A model generated the notes under the pieces. It was not told the origin of the DNA, ran no database searches, and saw nothing but the letters and a program-made list of their open reading frames with translations. The position numbers were made by a program, and so were the translations under genes. Below, piece after piece: positions 1 through 11,209 of a stretch of 42,569 nt of DNA. Source of the stretch: Haloplasmataceae bacterium (GTDB lineage Bacteria; Bacillota_I; Bacilli_A; Haloplasmatales; Haloplasmataceae); the NCBI GenBank assembly GCA_036562215.1, contig DATCKO010000153.1:1-42569 (forward strand), written 5' to 3'. The stretch's first letter is position 1; each line of letters opens with the position of its first letter.

Positions 1-69
1 ATATTTAATTGTATATCTTTGTTTTTTATTGTAAAATTATTTTAAAAGTGCGATATGGGGAGTGATTTT

Positions 70-3000
70 ATGGAACTGCTCAATAATAGATATCGGATCA
101 TTAAACATTTATATCAAAATAATTTATATAATTCCTACTTAATAAATGATTTATGGGAAGATAATCATATAATGCAACTTAATATATTGAATCTTGATAA
201 TATACATAAAAGTATTATTGATTTTTATTCAGATGAATTTATTAAACTCATAAATTATAATAATGAAAATATCGTGCAAATTTATAATTTTAATGTAATT
301 TCACATATCGATAATAAAAAAGCTAATCGAGAGCAATATTTCTATACTTGTGAATATATAGAAAACCCTTTAAATATATTAGATTATACTAAAAATTTTG
401 ATCTTAATGATTTAATGAATCTCTTTATCAAATTATGTAATATCATTAATTACTTAAATTTACGTGGTCATATTTATGAAGCTTTGAATATAAACAATAT
501 CTATATTATAAAAAAAGATAATGAATATCAAATAAAAATAAAAGATATTGCGACTAAAATACTAGAGAAAAATGCTTTTATTAATGAAAACCCTGATGAT
601 AAATACTTTATGTCACCAAAATATCTCTCTGGTGAAGCTCCGTCTTTTAAACATGATTTATATTCTTTAGCAGTTGTGTTATTGACCCTATTAAGTCGCA
701 ATTGTAATTTTAAGGCTAATCCAAAAGATAACCTTAATATGTTTATAGAAGATCTCAATAACCATAAAATCAATCGCTTTAATGAAGAAGAAATTAATAC
801 CATAAATAAATTGTATCCACTATTGAAAAAGATTATTTATCTAGAAGATGATGATGCTTTTAGAAATCTAACCCGCTTCCGGATAACCTTAAATGAGCAA
901 CTTGGAACTGATTATACATATAAACATCAAAATGAGTATAGTAAGATTAACTTCCATTTAAAAATAATTGGTCGTGATAAAGAGGTAAATAAAATCTTAC
1001 ATAATTATGATAACATGCTCAAGTATAATCCATTTACCAGAGTATACTTAGTCCAAGGAGAAATGGGTACGGGTAAAACTAGATTTTTAGAAGAGATTAA
1101 ATTTCGTTTCGAACTTAAAAAAGCTAATCTTTATTATAGTTTCAGTTTAAGCAGTTTAAATGAAAGCAGCGACAAAATGTGGGTTGATATTTTAAGAAAG
1201 TTAATCCTAGAAACTGATACAGAGATTATTGAAAAATATGAAGCTGAATTAGCAAAATTTTTCCCAGATATTGTGGATAGAAATAATTTAAATAAAGAAC
1301 GTATAGAAGAACATCAAACTAAGTACCGTTTATTAAATCGTATTGCTAGTTTTATAAGTGAAAGTGTCAAAAACAAACCTACTGTTTTTATAATTGATAA
1401 TCTAGACTTAGCTAATGAGTTTACTCTAGATACATTCTCTTATTTATACTCAAAAGTAATTTGTAATGAAAAAGTTATCTTTATTTTTTCATATAATGAA
1501 AATTCTATCTTTAATAACCCTATGTTTGCCCGTTTTATATCAACCATACGATACAAAAAAGACTGGGAATTGGTTCCAATTACTAATCTTAACCATACTC
1601 AATCGGGAGAACTAATTAAAAGCATACTTGATATTTTTTATACACCTGTAAAACTAACTGAAAAAATTTATTCCCAATCTTATGGAAATCCACTATTTAT
1701 TAGTGAAGTAATTAAAGACCTATATAATCGCAAGATTCTTTTTGTGGATAATAATACTGGTATTTGGCATCTAGATTTACCAGAAGATGATTTAGACTAT
1801 AAATTACTAATAATACCAAATACTATTGAGCAGGCTGTTTTAAATCAACTAAAGGATATTGATGAAATAAGTCATGATATTCTAAAAACCATGTCCATCT
1901 TTCCAAATCCGATTTCTGTTGATGATATTGCTTATTTTATTGATAAGGATCTAAAAGAAATTAACTATTATATTCAAGAACTTATTAAAAAAGGTATTAT
2001 TTCCAAGTTAGTCGGTATATCAGAAAACCTTTATACTATTAATAATAAAGTCCTTAAAGATATTATTTACGATAGAATAGAACCTGAAGAAAGAGTTAAT
2101 AAACATTATCTAGTTACACAAATGTTAGAACAAAAAGCAGAAATAAACATTGATGATTTAATTTATCATTATGAAAGAGCTAATAATAAAGAGAAATTAA
2201 TTGAATATTGTTTAAAAAATGCTCAGATAATGCATGATAGCAGAAATTATCATGAAGAAGTTAATAATTTAAAGAAAGCATTAGTATATATTGATAAAGA
2301 TTTTGATATTACAGAAGTTAATATTCGAATAGGTATTATCTATTACAATATTAGTCAAGATAATCTAGCCATTAACTATTTCCTAGAAGCAGAAAAATAT
2401 GCCTTAAAAACTAACAATATCAAACATCTTATCGATATCAATAGTAATTTAGCTAAAATTTACATAGGACTAAATGATATTACCGAAGGAGAAAAACGAC
2501 TAATAACTACTCGTAGTTTATTAGATCAATATGATTATTTTGAAGCAGAGTTAGAATATAAATTTACCCTAGCTTTTAAGCTTCGCCAAGAAAAGCAATT
2601 TGATAAGAGTATAAGTTATTTAGATGAGATAATTGCCCAAGCTGATGATTATCCTTTAATAAAAGCTAATTGTTTTAGAACCAAGGCTTTAATTTATCAA
2701 ATTGGTGATAAGATTTCTGAAGCATTAGAATTATATGAAGAAGCAATCAAATTGTTTGAAAATACTGGTAACATAAGAGGTTCTTTAAGTTGTTTAAATA
2801 ATACAGGTGCCATCTATAGTGATATCTATCAAAATACTGAAAAAGCTCTAAAATATTATTTAAAAGTTAAAGATTTTAGTGAAGAATATAATATCGAACT
2901 TTATGGTTTAATCGCACTAATTAACATTGCTTGTATTCATGAACTACGAAATAATAATAAGTTAGCCTATGATTACTTCAAACAATCATTAGAAATTGCC

Positions 3001-5499
3001 TTGCAAGGTAATTATAATAATGAAGTTTTCTTCATTTACAATATGCTTACTAAAACCTGTATTAGGTTAAATAAATATTCTGAAGCATATCAATATCATA
3101 ATCTAATTTTACAAGAAATTGAAAAATCTTCTTACCAAAGTCTTGATATCTATGAATTTTATAAAGCAAGTGCTGATTTATATTATGCTTTTGGCGATTT
3201 TGTTAAAGCTCAAGAGTTTATTAAAAAGACAACTGAGTTTTATGAAAGTGGAGTAAGTTATGAACAGTTCCTATATACAATTCAATTAAGTATAATAAAC
3301 TTACGATTAAAAGATGAATACGAAACTGATATACAAGATATTATTAAAACCAGTCAAAAGTTTATATCACCAGATTTAAAAGTATTAACTTTAAGTAATG
3401 CGGCAATAGCTTTAGGAGAAAGAAAAGACTATAAAAACGCTCGCTTATTATTAAAAGAAATTAAAGAATCTTTAACAAATAAATTACATGAAGAAATTTT
3501 AGCTAAATATTATGTAGCTCTAGGTATTAATGATTTAGAAAATAAGACATCTGATTATTTACAAGAAGCTCTTAATTTAGCAAAGAATCTCGGAAATAAA
3601 GTATTAGTTGCCCAGATTTCAACCTTAATTGGTGATTATTATTATTCCATCGATAATTATTACCAAGCAGTTAGTTTTTACATTGAAGCTTGGGAACTTC
3701 TTAAGGAATTAATTAACGATGTACCTAAAGAATTTAAATTGACATTTATTAATAGTTATAAGTACGCTCGTATCTTTTATCGTATTAAATATATTTGTTA
3801 TATCATTATTGATAATAATACAATTTCTAATACCGATATTGAAGAAACATTTAATAAATATGATGTAAAATCTTTAGAAGAATTGAACTCCATTTTAAAC
3901 ATCGATTTAACTAAACAATTTATGAACAATAAAGATTTCATGGAGTTTGTTTGTCAGCAATATATTGCCAATCTACCAAATCAAAAAAGTGATATTACCG
4001 AAGTAATATCCCAATTAAGTAATAATACCGTAAGTAACATTGAATTATTGCTTAATTACTTAGCTGCAGCTACTTTAGCTACAAATGGTTTCTTGGCTTT
4101 AGAAAACAATAAAAATGATTTTAATATAATATCAGCATTAAATGATAAGTATAAGATTCCGAATAACAGATATCTTTTTGAAAAAGCTAAGCAATCATTA
4201 GAACCTATTTGTGTTTCTAAAAACATGACCACAAATAATATCGATGGTAATATCTTTTCTGATGATGTTAAAGCGTACTTGTGTATACCTATTACTAGTA
4301 ACCTATTCCAAAATAATTCTGATACATCAATTATTGAAGATGCGAATAGTATTATAGGTTATTTATATTTAGAGTCCGACCGGGTTATTAATAATTTTAA
4401 TGAAGCTGGATTAAAAAAATGTCTCGATGTCATAAACTTTCTCGCTTTACTTATAGAAAAACATCAATTAATTATTGATGCTTCTATTGATAAGTTGACC
4501 GGAGCACTCACAAGAAAATACCTTGAAAATACAATAAAAAGAGCGATTATTAACGCTAACATAAATAAGTCTGTTTTCAGTATTATCATGTACGATTTAG
4601 ATAATTTCAAAAATATCAACGACCGCTTTGGTCATCAAACAGGTGATGAAGTATTAGCATCCATATCACGTATTGTTCTAAACAATATTGACAAAACAGC
4701 ATCAATTGGTAGATATGGTGGTGAGGAATTTATTATTATCCTCCCTGGGGTAGATAGTAGAGAAGCCTATTCTATCGCCGAAGACTTACGCATTAAAATA
4801 TCCAAAGAAGGTATTTTAAGTGACAAAGCTGAAGTTACTGTAAGTATGGGAATCGCCACATACCCAAAACATGGACAAACCATGGATGAATTATTCGAAA
4901 AAGTTGACCAAGCACTATACCATGGAAAAGAAACTGGTAAGAATAGGTGTTTTATATGGAATGAAAAATTTTCCCATAGTAAAACAAAAACTAAGGACAA
5001 GCTAACTGGTATTATTTCTGGAAACACTGTTCAAGATGCTAGAAACATGCTAGCAATCGTTGAGTTAATTCAATTAACTAATAAAAATATTGCTAAAGAG
5101 TCTAAGATTTATCAATTTTTAGGTCGAGCTATAGAGATTATTGATGCTCAGTATGGTTATTTATTGTTAATAGATAATAATCAAATAATCCACAAATATG
5201 CAAGACAAGCACAAAAAGAAGAGTGGTTAAAAAATATTAATATTAATCAAAAAATAATTAATTCAGTTTTAGAAAGTAAACAAGGGGTTTATTTAATTGA
5301 TTGGGATGATATTGGCAAACAAGATTTAATCACAGGACTTCCAGAATGGGATTCCATTCTCATAATTCCAGTTTTCGTGAAAGATGAAATTAAAGCCATC
5401 TTGTATTTTACCGTATCAACCCGAGAAAAAGAGTTTAGTATTAATGAATATAATTTTATTAATATATTAAGCGATTTAATACCCCCAATCCTACCATAA
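70..5499 (+). CDS. Giant multidomain signalling protein: degenerate Ser/Thr-kinase-like domain, AAA/STAND P-loop NTPase, TPR-like repeats, GAF-like, GGDEF diguanylate cyclase, C-terminal GAF
   Basis: Uninterrupted ORF (track 55..5499). GGGGAG at 57-62 lies 7 nt before the ATG at 70 and there is no SD before ATG 55, so 70 is preferred. Kinase-like blocks are recognisable (YFMSPKYLSGE, HDLYSLAVVLLTLLS). The Gly-loop, VAIK Lys, HRD (GHIYEALNINN) and DFG (KDIA) are all substituted. Walker A GEMGTGKT is at nt 1057-1080, with Walker-B-like VFIIDNLDLA. GGDEF hallmarks: DLDNFKNINDRFGHQTGDE and RYGGEEF (nt 4717-4731). Confidence 0.8.
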   Translation: MELLNNRYRIIKHLYQNNLYNSYLINDLWEDNHIMQLNILNLDNIHKSIIDFYSDEFIKLINYNNENIVQIYNFNVISHIDNKKANREQYFYTCEYIENPLNILDYTKNFDLNDLMNLFIKLCNIINYLNLRGHIYEALNINNIYIIKKDNEYQIKIKDIATKILEKNAFINENPDDKYFMSPKYLSGEAPSFKHDLYSLAVVLLTLLSRNCNFKANPKDNLNMFIEDLNNHKINRFNEEEINTINKLYPLLKKIIYLEDDDAFRNLTRFRITLNEQLGTDYTYKHQNEYSKINFHLKIIGRDKEVNKILHNYDNMLKYNPFTRVYLVQGEMGTGKTRFLEEIKFRFELKKANLYYSFSLSSLNESSDKMWVDILRKLILETDTEIIEKYEAELAKFFPDIVDRNNLNKERIEEHQTKYRLLNRIASFISESVKNKPTVFIIDNLDLANEFTLDTFSYLYSKVICNEKVIFIFSYNENSIFNNPMFARFISTIRYKKDWELVPITNLNHTQSGELIKSILDIFYTPVKLTEKIYSQSYGNPLFISEVIKDLYNRKILFVDNNTGIWHLDLPEDDLDYKLLIIPNTIEQAVLNQLKDIDEISHDILKTMSIFPNPISVDDIAYFIDKDLKEINYYIQELIKKGIISKLVGISENLYTINNKVLKDIIYDRIEPEERVNKHYLVTQMLEQKAEINIDDLIYHYERANNKEKLIEYCLKNAQIMHDSRNYHEEVNNLKKALVYIDKDFDITEVNIRIGIIYYNISQDNLAINYFLEAEKYALKTNNIKHLIDINSNLAKIYIGLNDITEGEKRLITTRSLLDQYDYFEAELEYKFTLAFKLRQEKQFDKSISYLDEIIAQADDYPLIKANCFRTKALIYQIGDKISEALELYEEAIKLFENTGNIRGSLSCLNNTGAIYSDIYQNTEKALKYYLKVKDFSEEYNIELYGLIALINIACIHELRNNNKLAYDYFKQSLEIALQGNYNNEVFFIYNMLTKTCIRLNKYSEAYQYHNLILQEIEKSSYQSLDIYEFYKASADLYYAFGDFVKAQEFIKKTTEFYESGVSYEQFLYTIQLSIINLRLKDEYETDIQDIIKTSQKFISPDLKVLTLSNAAIALGERKDYKNARLLLKEIKESLTNKLHEEILAKYYVALGINDLENKTSDYLQEALNLAKNLGNKVLVAQISTLIGDYYYSIDNYYQAVSFYIEAWELLKELINDVPKEFKLTFINSYKYARIFYRIKYICYIIIDNNTISNTDIEETFNKYDVKSLEELNSILNIDLTKQFMNNKDFMEFVCQQYIANLPNQKSDITEVISQLSNNTVSNIELLLNYLAAATLATNGFLALENNKNDFNIISALNDKYKIPNNRYLFEKAKQSLEPICVSKNMTTNNIDGNIFSDDVKAYLCIPITSNLFQNNSDTSIIEDANSIIGYLYLESDRVINNFNEAGLKKCLDVINFLALLIEKHQLIIDASIDKLTGALTRKYLENTIKRAIINANINKSVFSIIMYDLDNFKNINDRFGHQTGDEVLASISRIVLNNIDKTASIGRYGGEEFIIILPGVDSREAYSIAEDLRIKISKEGILSDKAEVTVSMGIATYPKHGQTMDELFEKVDQALYHGKETGKNRCFIWNEKFSHSKTKTKDKLTGIISGNTVQDARNMLAIVELIQLTNKNIAKESKIYQFLGRAIEIIDAQYGYLLLIDNNQIIHKYARQAQKEEWLKNININQKIINSVLESKQGVYLIDWDDIGKQDLITGLPEWDSILIIPVFVKDEIKAILYFTVSTREKEFSINEYNFINILSDLIPPILP

Positions 5500-5506
5500 T
5501 AAAGTT

Positions 5507-5539
5507 AAAAGACTTGGGTCAAAAAATCCCAAGTCTTTT
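5507..5539. terminator. Bidirectional intrinsic terminator between convergent genes
   Basis: 12-bp perfect stem AAAAGACTTGGG / CCCAAGTCTTTT with a 9-nt loop. A-run and T-run arms give a U-tract on either strand. It sits between the stop at 5499 (+) and the stop at 5543 (-). Confidence 0.75.
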
Positions 5540-5542
5540 AAT

Positions 5543-6157
5543 TTACTTTATCCATCCCACTCTCTTTGCCCATTCCAGACGTCTTTTTTGTCTTTCATTA
5601 TATGATAAATTAGGTTTTTCATTATATTCTTTCGCTAACTCTCTCATTCTATTAATAGCATCTTGTAATGGAGGTAACCCAACTTGCTTACGATATATAT
5701 CAACATTATCCTCATCTTCAATTTTCCAAGGACTCAATTCATCATTTTCATCATAATCAAACTGTGTACCATATTTTTGGGGACGCATTTCAAAATAACA
5801 AATTCGATCATATAAAACTGCTACTTCGCTCGGATAGATATCTTTATTTTGGGCTAACTCCATTAGTATTGGGACACTTATTCTTTGCAGTTCTGGACAT
5901 GATATCGCATTCTGAAGAATAGTCCACGCTGATAAGCTTGCTTCATAACCGACTTTTTTTACCGTAGGCCAGCCCATCTCATATATTATACTTAATAGTC
6001 TTTGAGCATTTTCTTGGTGTATTTTTTCCAAATCAGGATTATATTCTTCTGCAAGATTATTACTCTTATATAACTTCTCTTGCATAGATAAATCCTTTTT
6101 AACCATGTCGATTAATTCTCTGGCTATTTCGGAAAAATCATTATTCAGAATTATCAC
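5543..6157 (-). CDS. Hypothetical protein, DUF6624-like (last gene of the fhs-folD-purB transcription unit)
   Basis: 204-aa ORF. By-eye resemblance to the DUF6624 pattern (GWPT..VG..AS.SAW.ILQ ... LYDR ... PQKYGTQ). The start is uncertain: GTG at 6157 is embedded in AAGAGGTG with no spacing, and the next in-frame ATG is at 6106. Confidence 0.55.
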   Translation of the reverse strand: MIILNNDFSEIARELIDMVKKDLSMQEKLYKSNNLAEEYNPDLEKIHQENAQRLLSIIYEMGWPTVKKVGYEASLSAWTILQNAISCPELQRISVPILMELAQNKDIYPSEVAVLYDRICYFEMRPQKYGTQFDYDENDELSPWKIEDEDNVDIYRKQVGLPPLQDAINRMRELAKEYNEKPNLSYNERQKRRLEWAKRVGWIK

Positions 6158-6205
6158 CTCTTATGTTTAAGTATATTCTCCTAAACATATGATGATGACA
6201 AATAC

Positions 6206-7498
6206 TTACAATCCAAGTTTTTCAAAAACTTCATCCACTGCTTTTAAATGATAAGAAATATTAAAGCAATCGTCAATCTCTTTTGTAGATAGATACTTAG
6301 TAATTTCATTATCGTTAATTAATAAATTTTTAAAAGCTATATTTTTTTGGTAGGCTTCAATGGCTTTTGGTTGTACTAAATCATAAGCTTCTTCTCGAGA
6401 AAGACCTTTATCAACTAATTTTAACAATACTCTTTGCGAAAAAATAACACCGTTAGTAAGGTAAATATTTTGCTCCATTCTATTTTCAAAAACTACTAAA
6501 TTTTCCAGAATCTTAGCAAAACGATTCAACATATAATCAAGTAAAATGGTAGCATCAGGCATAATAATTCTCTCCACCGAAGAATGACTGATATCTCTTT
6601 CATGCCAAAGAGGAATATCCTCAAAAATTGGAATAATATAACCTCTCATGACGCGAGCACATCCTGAGATATTTTCAGACCCTATAGGATTACGTTTATG
6701 AGGCATAGCTGATGAACCTTTTTGCTTTATATCAAAATACTCTTCAACTTCCCTAATTTCAGTTCTTTGCAAGTGTCTTATTTCTGTTGCCATTTTTTCT
6801 AAAGTTGTTGCAATTAAGGCTAAGGTAGTAATATAAAAGGCATGTCGATCTCGTTGAAGTGTTTGTGTAGAAATTTTAGCTGCGTTAATACCTAGTTTAG
6901 AACATACATATTCCTCAACAAAGATAGGAATATTAGCATGGGTTCCCACAGCACCAGACATCTTACCTATTTCAATATCTCTTCTTGCAAAATCAAAGCG
7001 TTTTAAGTTACGCTCCATTTCTGCATACCATAAAGCTAATTTCATACCAAAAGTCGTAATTTCAGCATGGATACCATGGGTTCTTCCGATTTGAACAGTG
7101 TGTTTATATTTAAGAGCTTTAGCTTTAAGTATTTCAATTATTCTTAGTATATTATCTCTTAGTAAATCATTAACTTGCTTATATATATATCCATATGCTG
7201 TATCAACAATATCAGTAGAAGTTAAGCCATAGTGAATCCATTTTTTTTCTTCTCCTAAAGTTTCACTAACTGCTCTAGTAAAAGCAATGACATCATGCTT
7301 AGTTTCAATTTCTAACTCCTTAATCCTCTCAATACTAAATGAAGCTTTTTGAGCTATTAACTCTACATCTTCCATAGGTATAATACCGAGTTTCCCCCAC
7401 GCTTCACAAGCAAGAATTTCACATTTTAACCAAGCTTGATATTTTGCTTTTTCACTCCAAAGGGAACTCATTTCTTTTCTACTATACCTATCAATCAT
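6206..7498 (-). CDS. purB: Adenylosuccinate lyase
   Basis: [23 protein letters not shown]-terminus and the [10 protein letters not shown] signature. GGAGG lies 7 nt upstream of the second ATG (7498); the track start is 7501. Confidence 0.93.
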   Translation of the reverse strand: MIDRYSRKEMSSLWSEKAKYQAWLKCEILACEAWGKLGIIPMEDVELIAQKASFSIERIKELEIETKHDVIAFTRAVSETLGEEKKWIHYGLTSTDIVDTAYGYIYKQVNDLLRDNILRIIEILKAKALKYKHTVQIGRTHGIHAEITTFGMKLALWYAEMERNLKRFDFARRDIEIGKMSGAVGTHANIPIFVEEYVCSKLGINAAKISTQTLQRDRHAFYITTLALIATTLEKMATEIRHLQRTEIREVEEYFDIKQKGSSAMPHKRNPIGSENISGCARVMRGYIIPIFEDIPLWHERDISHSSVERIIMPDATILLDYMLNRFAKILENLVVFENRMEQNIYLTNGVIFSQRVLLKLVDKGLSREEAYDLVQPKAIEAYQKNIAFKNLLINDNEITKYLSTKEIDDCFNISYHLKAVDEVFEKLGL

Positions 7499-7515
7499 CA
7501 TTAACCTCCATTAAT

Positions 7516-8367
7516 TTACTTAACTAATCTTTTCGCTGCTTCTAAAGTATTTTCTAGTAACATGGTAATTGTCATTGGTCCTACACCACCAGGCACAGGT
7601 GTAATATATCCCGCTACCGATAAGGCATTATCATAATCAACATCACCACATAGTTTATCAACAACACGATTTACACCTACATCAATGACAATAGCTCCTG
7701 GTTTTATCATATCAGCTGTAACAAATCGAGGTTTACCGATTGCAGCTACTAAAATATCAGCTTCTTTTGTGTAGGATTTCAAATCTTTAGTACGAGAATG
7801 ACAAATAGTCACAGTAGCATTTTCACGAAGTAATAATTGACTGACAGGTTTGCCAACAATATTACTTCTACCAATTACTACAGCATGTTTACCATTAATA
7901 TCAATATTTGTTTCTTTAATCATGCGAATAATTCCTGCAGGTGTACAAGGTAAAAAGCATTCTTCATTAAGAAGCATTTTTCCTACATTGATAGGACTAA
8001 AACCATCAACGTCCTTCTTTACACTTATAGTATTAATGATTTTGTTTTCTGAGATATGTTTTGGTAATGGTAATTGTACTAATATACCATGAACACTATC
8101 ATCTTGGTTCAACTTTTCGATTTCCTGAATGAGTTCATTCTCGGAAATATCTTCCGGAAGCTTGATTAAAGTTGATTTCATATCAGTTTGTTCACAGCCT
8201 TTTTGTTTACCTCTAACATAAGAGACACTAGCTGGATTATCACCAACTAGAATTACCACAAGATGCGGAACAACTTGTTTTTCAGCAATAAACTGATTTA
8301 CTCTAACTTTTAAATCAGCACGTATTTTATCAGCTAATTCTTTACCACTAATTACTATAGCACTCAT
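7516..8367 (-). CDS. folD: Bifunctional 5,10-methylene-THF dehydrogenase / methenyl-THF cyclohydrolase
   Basis: [17 protein letters not shown] and PGGVGPMT motifs. SD AAAGGAGAGG lies upstream of the ATG. Confidence 0.93.
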   Translation of the reverse strand: MSAIVISGKELADKIRADLKVRVNQFIAEKQVVPHLVVILVGDNPASVSYVRGKQKGCEQTDMKSTLIKLPEDISENELIQEIEKLNQDDSVHGILVQLPLPKHISENKIINTISVKKDVDGFSPINVGKMLLNEECFLPCTPAGIIRMIKETNIDINGKHAVVIGRSNIVGKPVSQLLLRENATVTICHSRTKDLKSYTKEADILVAAIGKPRFVTADMIKPGAIVIDVGVNRVVDKLCGDVDYDNALSVAGYITPVPGGVGPMTITMLLENTLEAAKRLVK

Positions 8368-8394
8368 ATTTTCCTCTCCTTTATCTTAACAAAT

Positions 8395-8421
8395 AAATGA
8401 AGTCTAGATTAGACTTCATTT
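8395..8421 (-). terminator. Perfect 12-bp hairpin overlapping the aminotransferase stop codon (internal attenuator or processing site within the operon)
   Basis: AAATGAAGTCTA-GAT-TAGACTTCATTT. On the minus-strand RNA it is followed by AUUUGUU. The TGA stop (8416-8418) lies inside the 3' arm. Confidence 0.4.
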
Positions 8422-9507
8422 ATTATATTTAATTGCCTTAAATTCAAGTATTTTATCTATTAAATCATCAATATCTTCATTAGTAAACTCACTCAATATA
8501 CCAATTCGTAACATTTTATCAGTATATTTTCCTTGTCCTTTTGAAACAGATATATCATAACGATTATCTAAGAAATCCACTAAATCTGGAATATCGTAAT
8601 TACTATTAGCAAGTACAGGAACTAAGACATTACCTTTTATGTTTTCATCTTTAATAAACAATTCAAAACCAATTTCTTGTACTTTACTTTCAATATATTT
8701 ACGTAAATCACTTTTTTCTTTAATAATGTTATCTATTCCTTTTTCTAACAAGGAATTTAAAGCTATATCTAAAGCTAGTACTAAAGAAATACTTGGAGTA
8801 TATGGATTTTGACCTTTTTTATAATATTCAATATATTTTTGATAATCCCAATAGTATTTAGGGATATTCGATAAACTTAATCTAGACTTAGCTTTTTCAG
8901 ATAGAGCTACAAAAGCTAAACCTGGAGGTAATAGAAAACCTTTTTGACTTGATGCTAAGGCACAATCGACATGCCACTTATCAAAATAGAATGGATGATG
9001 TATCATGCCACTAATACAATCTGTAATAAGTAAGGCGCTGGTAGTATGTACAAATTCTCCTAATTTCTCAATATCATTTAGTACCCCTGTTGAGGTTTCA
9101 TGGTAAGTTACAAAAACACCTTTGATATTAGGATATTTTTGGAATATATCTTTTACATCTTGTAAATTATAGGTTTTCCCCCATTCATAATCTAAAGAAT
9201 GAACATTTAAACCATAGATTTTACATAATGCGATAAAACGCTCACCAAAAAATCCTGTATTAATTACTAAAACCTCATCACCTTGGGAAAATAAATTAAT
9301 GACACTAGATTCCATAGCACCAGTACCAGATGAAGTTAATATTAAGACATCTTCATTGGTAACAAAGATTTTTTGCAGTTTTTCAGTAACCCTAAATAAA
9401 ATATTTTTATAATCATTCATTCTATGATGTATGATATCTTTCGATAATTGAATGCGAATATACTGTGGTATATTACCTGGTCCTGGAGTAAATAGTTTCT
9501 TTGACAT
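8416..9507 (-). CDS. PLP-dependent class V aminotransferase (serine-pyruvate/alanine-glyoxylate or phosphoserine aminotransferase-like)
   Basis: Class V fold pattern: SSGTGAMES, and SSQKGFLLPPG containing the PLP lysine. AAGAGGTG sits before ATG 9507, whereas the track start 9516 is a GTG inside the SD. Confidence 0.8.
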   Translation of the reverse strand: MSKKLFTPGPGNIPQYIRIQLSKDIIHHRMNDYKNILFRVTEKLQKIFVTNEDVLILTSSGTGAMESSVINLFSQGDEVLVINTGFFGERFIALCKIYGLNVHSLDYEWGKTYNLQDVKDIFQKYPNIKGVFVTYHETSTGVLNDIEKLGEFVHTTSALLITDCISGMIHHPFYFDKWHVDCALASSQKGFLLPPGLAFVALSEKAKSRLSLSNIPKYYWDYQKYIEYYKKGQNPYTPSISLVLALDIALNSLLEKGIDNIIKEKSDLRKYIESKVQEIGFELFIKDENIKGNVLVPVLANSNYDIPDLVDFLDNRYDISVSKGQGKYTDKMLRIGILSEFTNEDIDDLIDKILEFKAIKYNK

Positions 9508-9532
9508 ACTAACCACCTCTTAAAATGAAATA

Positions 9533-11209
9533 TTAGAACAATCCCGTAGCATTTCCTTTTTCATCAATATCCATAGCCATTGCTGCAGGAACTTTAGGCA
9601 ATCCAGGCATCGTTAATACCGTACCTGTTAAAGCAACTAGGAAGCCTGCACCAATTGAAGGTCTAAATTCTCTAACGGTAATATGGTAATTACGAGGTCT
9701 ACCAAATTTTTTCGGATCATCACTTAATGAGTTTTGTGTTTTTGCCATACAGATAGGTAATTTACCCCATCCTAATGCTTCATACTCAGCCATTTGCTTT
9801 TTGGCTTCTGTTGTAAATTCTACACCATTAGCACCATAAACTTTTGTAGCGATAGTTTCGATTTTCTTTGTGATAGAATCATTTAAATCATATAAATAAT
9901 CAAATTTGTTATCTGGATTATTATCAATGACTTCAATAACTCTTTTGGCAAGCTCTATTCCACCTTGACCACCGAATTCCCATACTTCTGACATTTCAAT
10001 TGGATGATTATTTTCTTTACACCAATTTAAAAGAGCTTGGACTTCATCATTAGTATCAGCAACAAATTTATTTAAAGCAATAACATAAGGTAAATTATAT
10101 TGCTTAATGGTATCAATATGTTTTTCCAAGTTTTCAATACCTTTTATAACTGCTTCCACATTTTCTTCTTTTAAATTTTGTTTATTTACACCACCATGCA
10201 TTTTTAAAGCACGAATAGTAGCAACAATGACAACAGCACTTGGTTTAAGATTAGCAATTCGACATTTAATATCGAAGAATTTTTCTGCTCCTAAATCAGC
10301 ACCGAATCCAGCTTCAGTCACAACATAATCAGCTAACTTTAATCCTAATTTCGTAGCGATAATAGAGTTACAACCATGAGCAATATTTGCAAAAGGTCCA
10401 CCATGTACTAATACTGGGGTATTTTCCACTGTTTGGACTAAATTAGGTTTTATCGCATCTTTTAACAATAATGTTAAAGCACCTTCAACCTTTAAATCAC
10501 CAACAGTAACAGGTTGTTTATCATAGTTATAACCAATAACAATCTTAGCTAAACGATTCTTTAAATCAGTTAAGTCTTTAGATAAACATAATACAGCCAT
10601 TATTTCTGAAGCAACGGTGATATTAAAACCATCAGCTCGCATAATACCATTTACACTGCTTCCTCCACCAATTATTACTTCACGTAATGCCCGGTCATTG
10701 ATATCAACACAACGTTTAAAAGTTATGTTCTTTGGATCAATACGTAATTCATTACCTTGATAAATGTGATTATCTATTAAAGCTGCTAATGTATTGTTAG
10801 CAGTAGTAATAGCATGTATGTCTCCTGTAAAATGTAAATTTAAGTCTTCCATAGGAACTACTTGGGCGTATCCTCCACCGGCTGCACCACCTTTTACTCC
10901 CATAACTGGTCCTAAAGATGGTTCTCTTAAAGCAATAATCGCTTTTTTATTTAATTTTGCAAAAGCTTCACCTAATCCTACGGTAGTAGTAGATTTACCT
11001 TCGCCTGCTGGAGTCGGAGTGATTGCTGTTACTAGTATGAGTTTTCCATCTTTTTTATCCTTCAACTTATTAAACAAATCAAGTGATAATTTTGCTTTGT
11101 ATTTTCCGTATAGTTCAATATCATCATCACTTATCCCAAGACTTTCAGCAATTTTTTGAATAGGTTGTAATTTAGCTTCTTGAGCAATTTCTAAATCTGT
11201 TTTATACAT
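9533..11209 (-). CDS. fhs: Formate-tetrahydrofolate ligase
   Basis: [16 protein letters not shown]-loop and full-length similarity to Fhs. SD TAGGAGGG lies upstream. Confidence 0.95.
   Translation of the reverse strand: MYKTDLEIAQEAKLQPIQKIAESLGISDDDIELYGKYKAKLSLDLFNKLKDKKDGKLILVTAITPTPAGEGKSTTTVGLGEAFAKLNKKAIIALREPSLGPVMGVKGGAAGGGYAQVVPMEDLNLHFTGDIHAITTANNTLAALIDNHIYQGNELRIDPKNITFKRCVDINDRALREVIIGGGSSVNGIMRADGFNITVASEIMAVLCLSKDLTDLKNRLAKIVIGYNYDKQPVTVGDLKVEGALTLLLKDAIKPNLVQTVENTPVLVHGGPFANIAHGCNSIIATKLGLKLADYVVTEAGFGADLGAEKFFDIKCRIANLKPSAVVIVATIRALKMHGGVNKQNLKEENVEAVIKGIENLEKHIDTIKQYNLPYVIALNKFVADTNDEVQALLNWCKENNHPIEMSEVWEFGGQGGIELAKRVIEVIDNNPDNKFDYLYDLNDSITKKIETIATKVYGANGVEFTTEAKKQMAEYEALGWGKLPICMAKTQNSLSDDPKKFGRPRNYHITVREFRPSIGAGFLVALTGTVLTMPGLPKVPAAMAMDIDEKGNATGLF

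Noticed and set aside
528-5922. Short ORFs 528-803(-), 4767-5027(-), 5514-5756(+), 5668-5922(+)
   Set aside because: They are embedded antisense in the giant ORF or in the DUF6624-like gene. 5514-5756 would also start inside the terminator hairpin.
10794-11159. 121-aa and 73-aa (10107-10328) plus-strand ORFs inside fhs
   Set aside because: Both are antisense to the highly conserved formate-THF ligase gene, with no SD and Pro/Ala-rich shadow composition.
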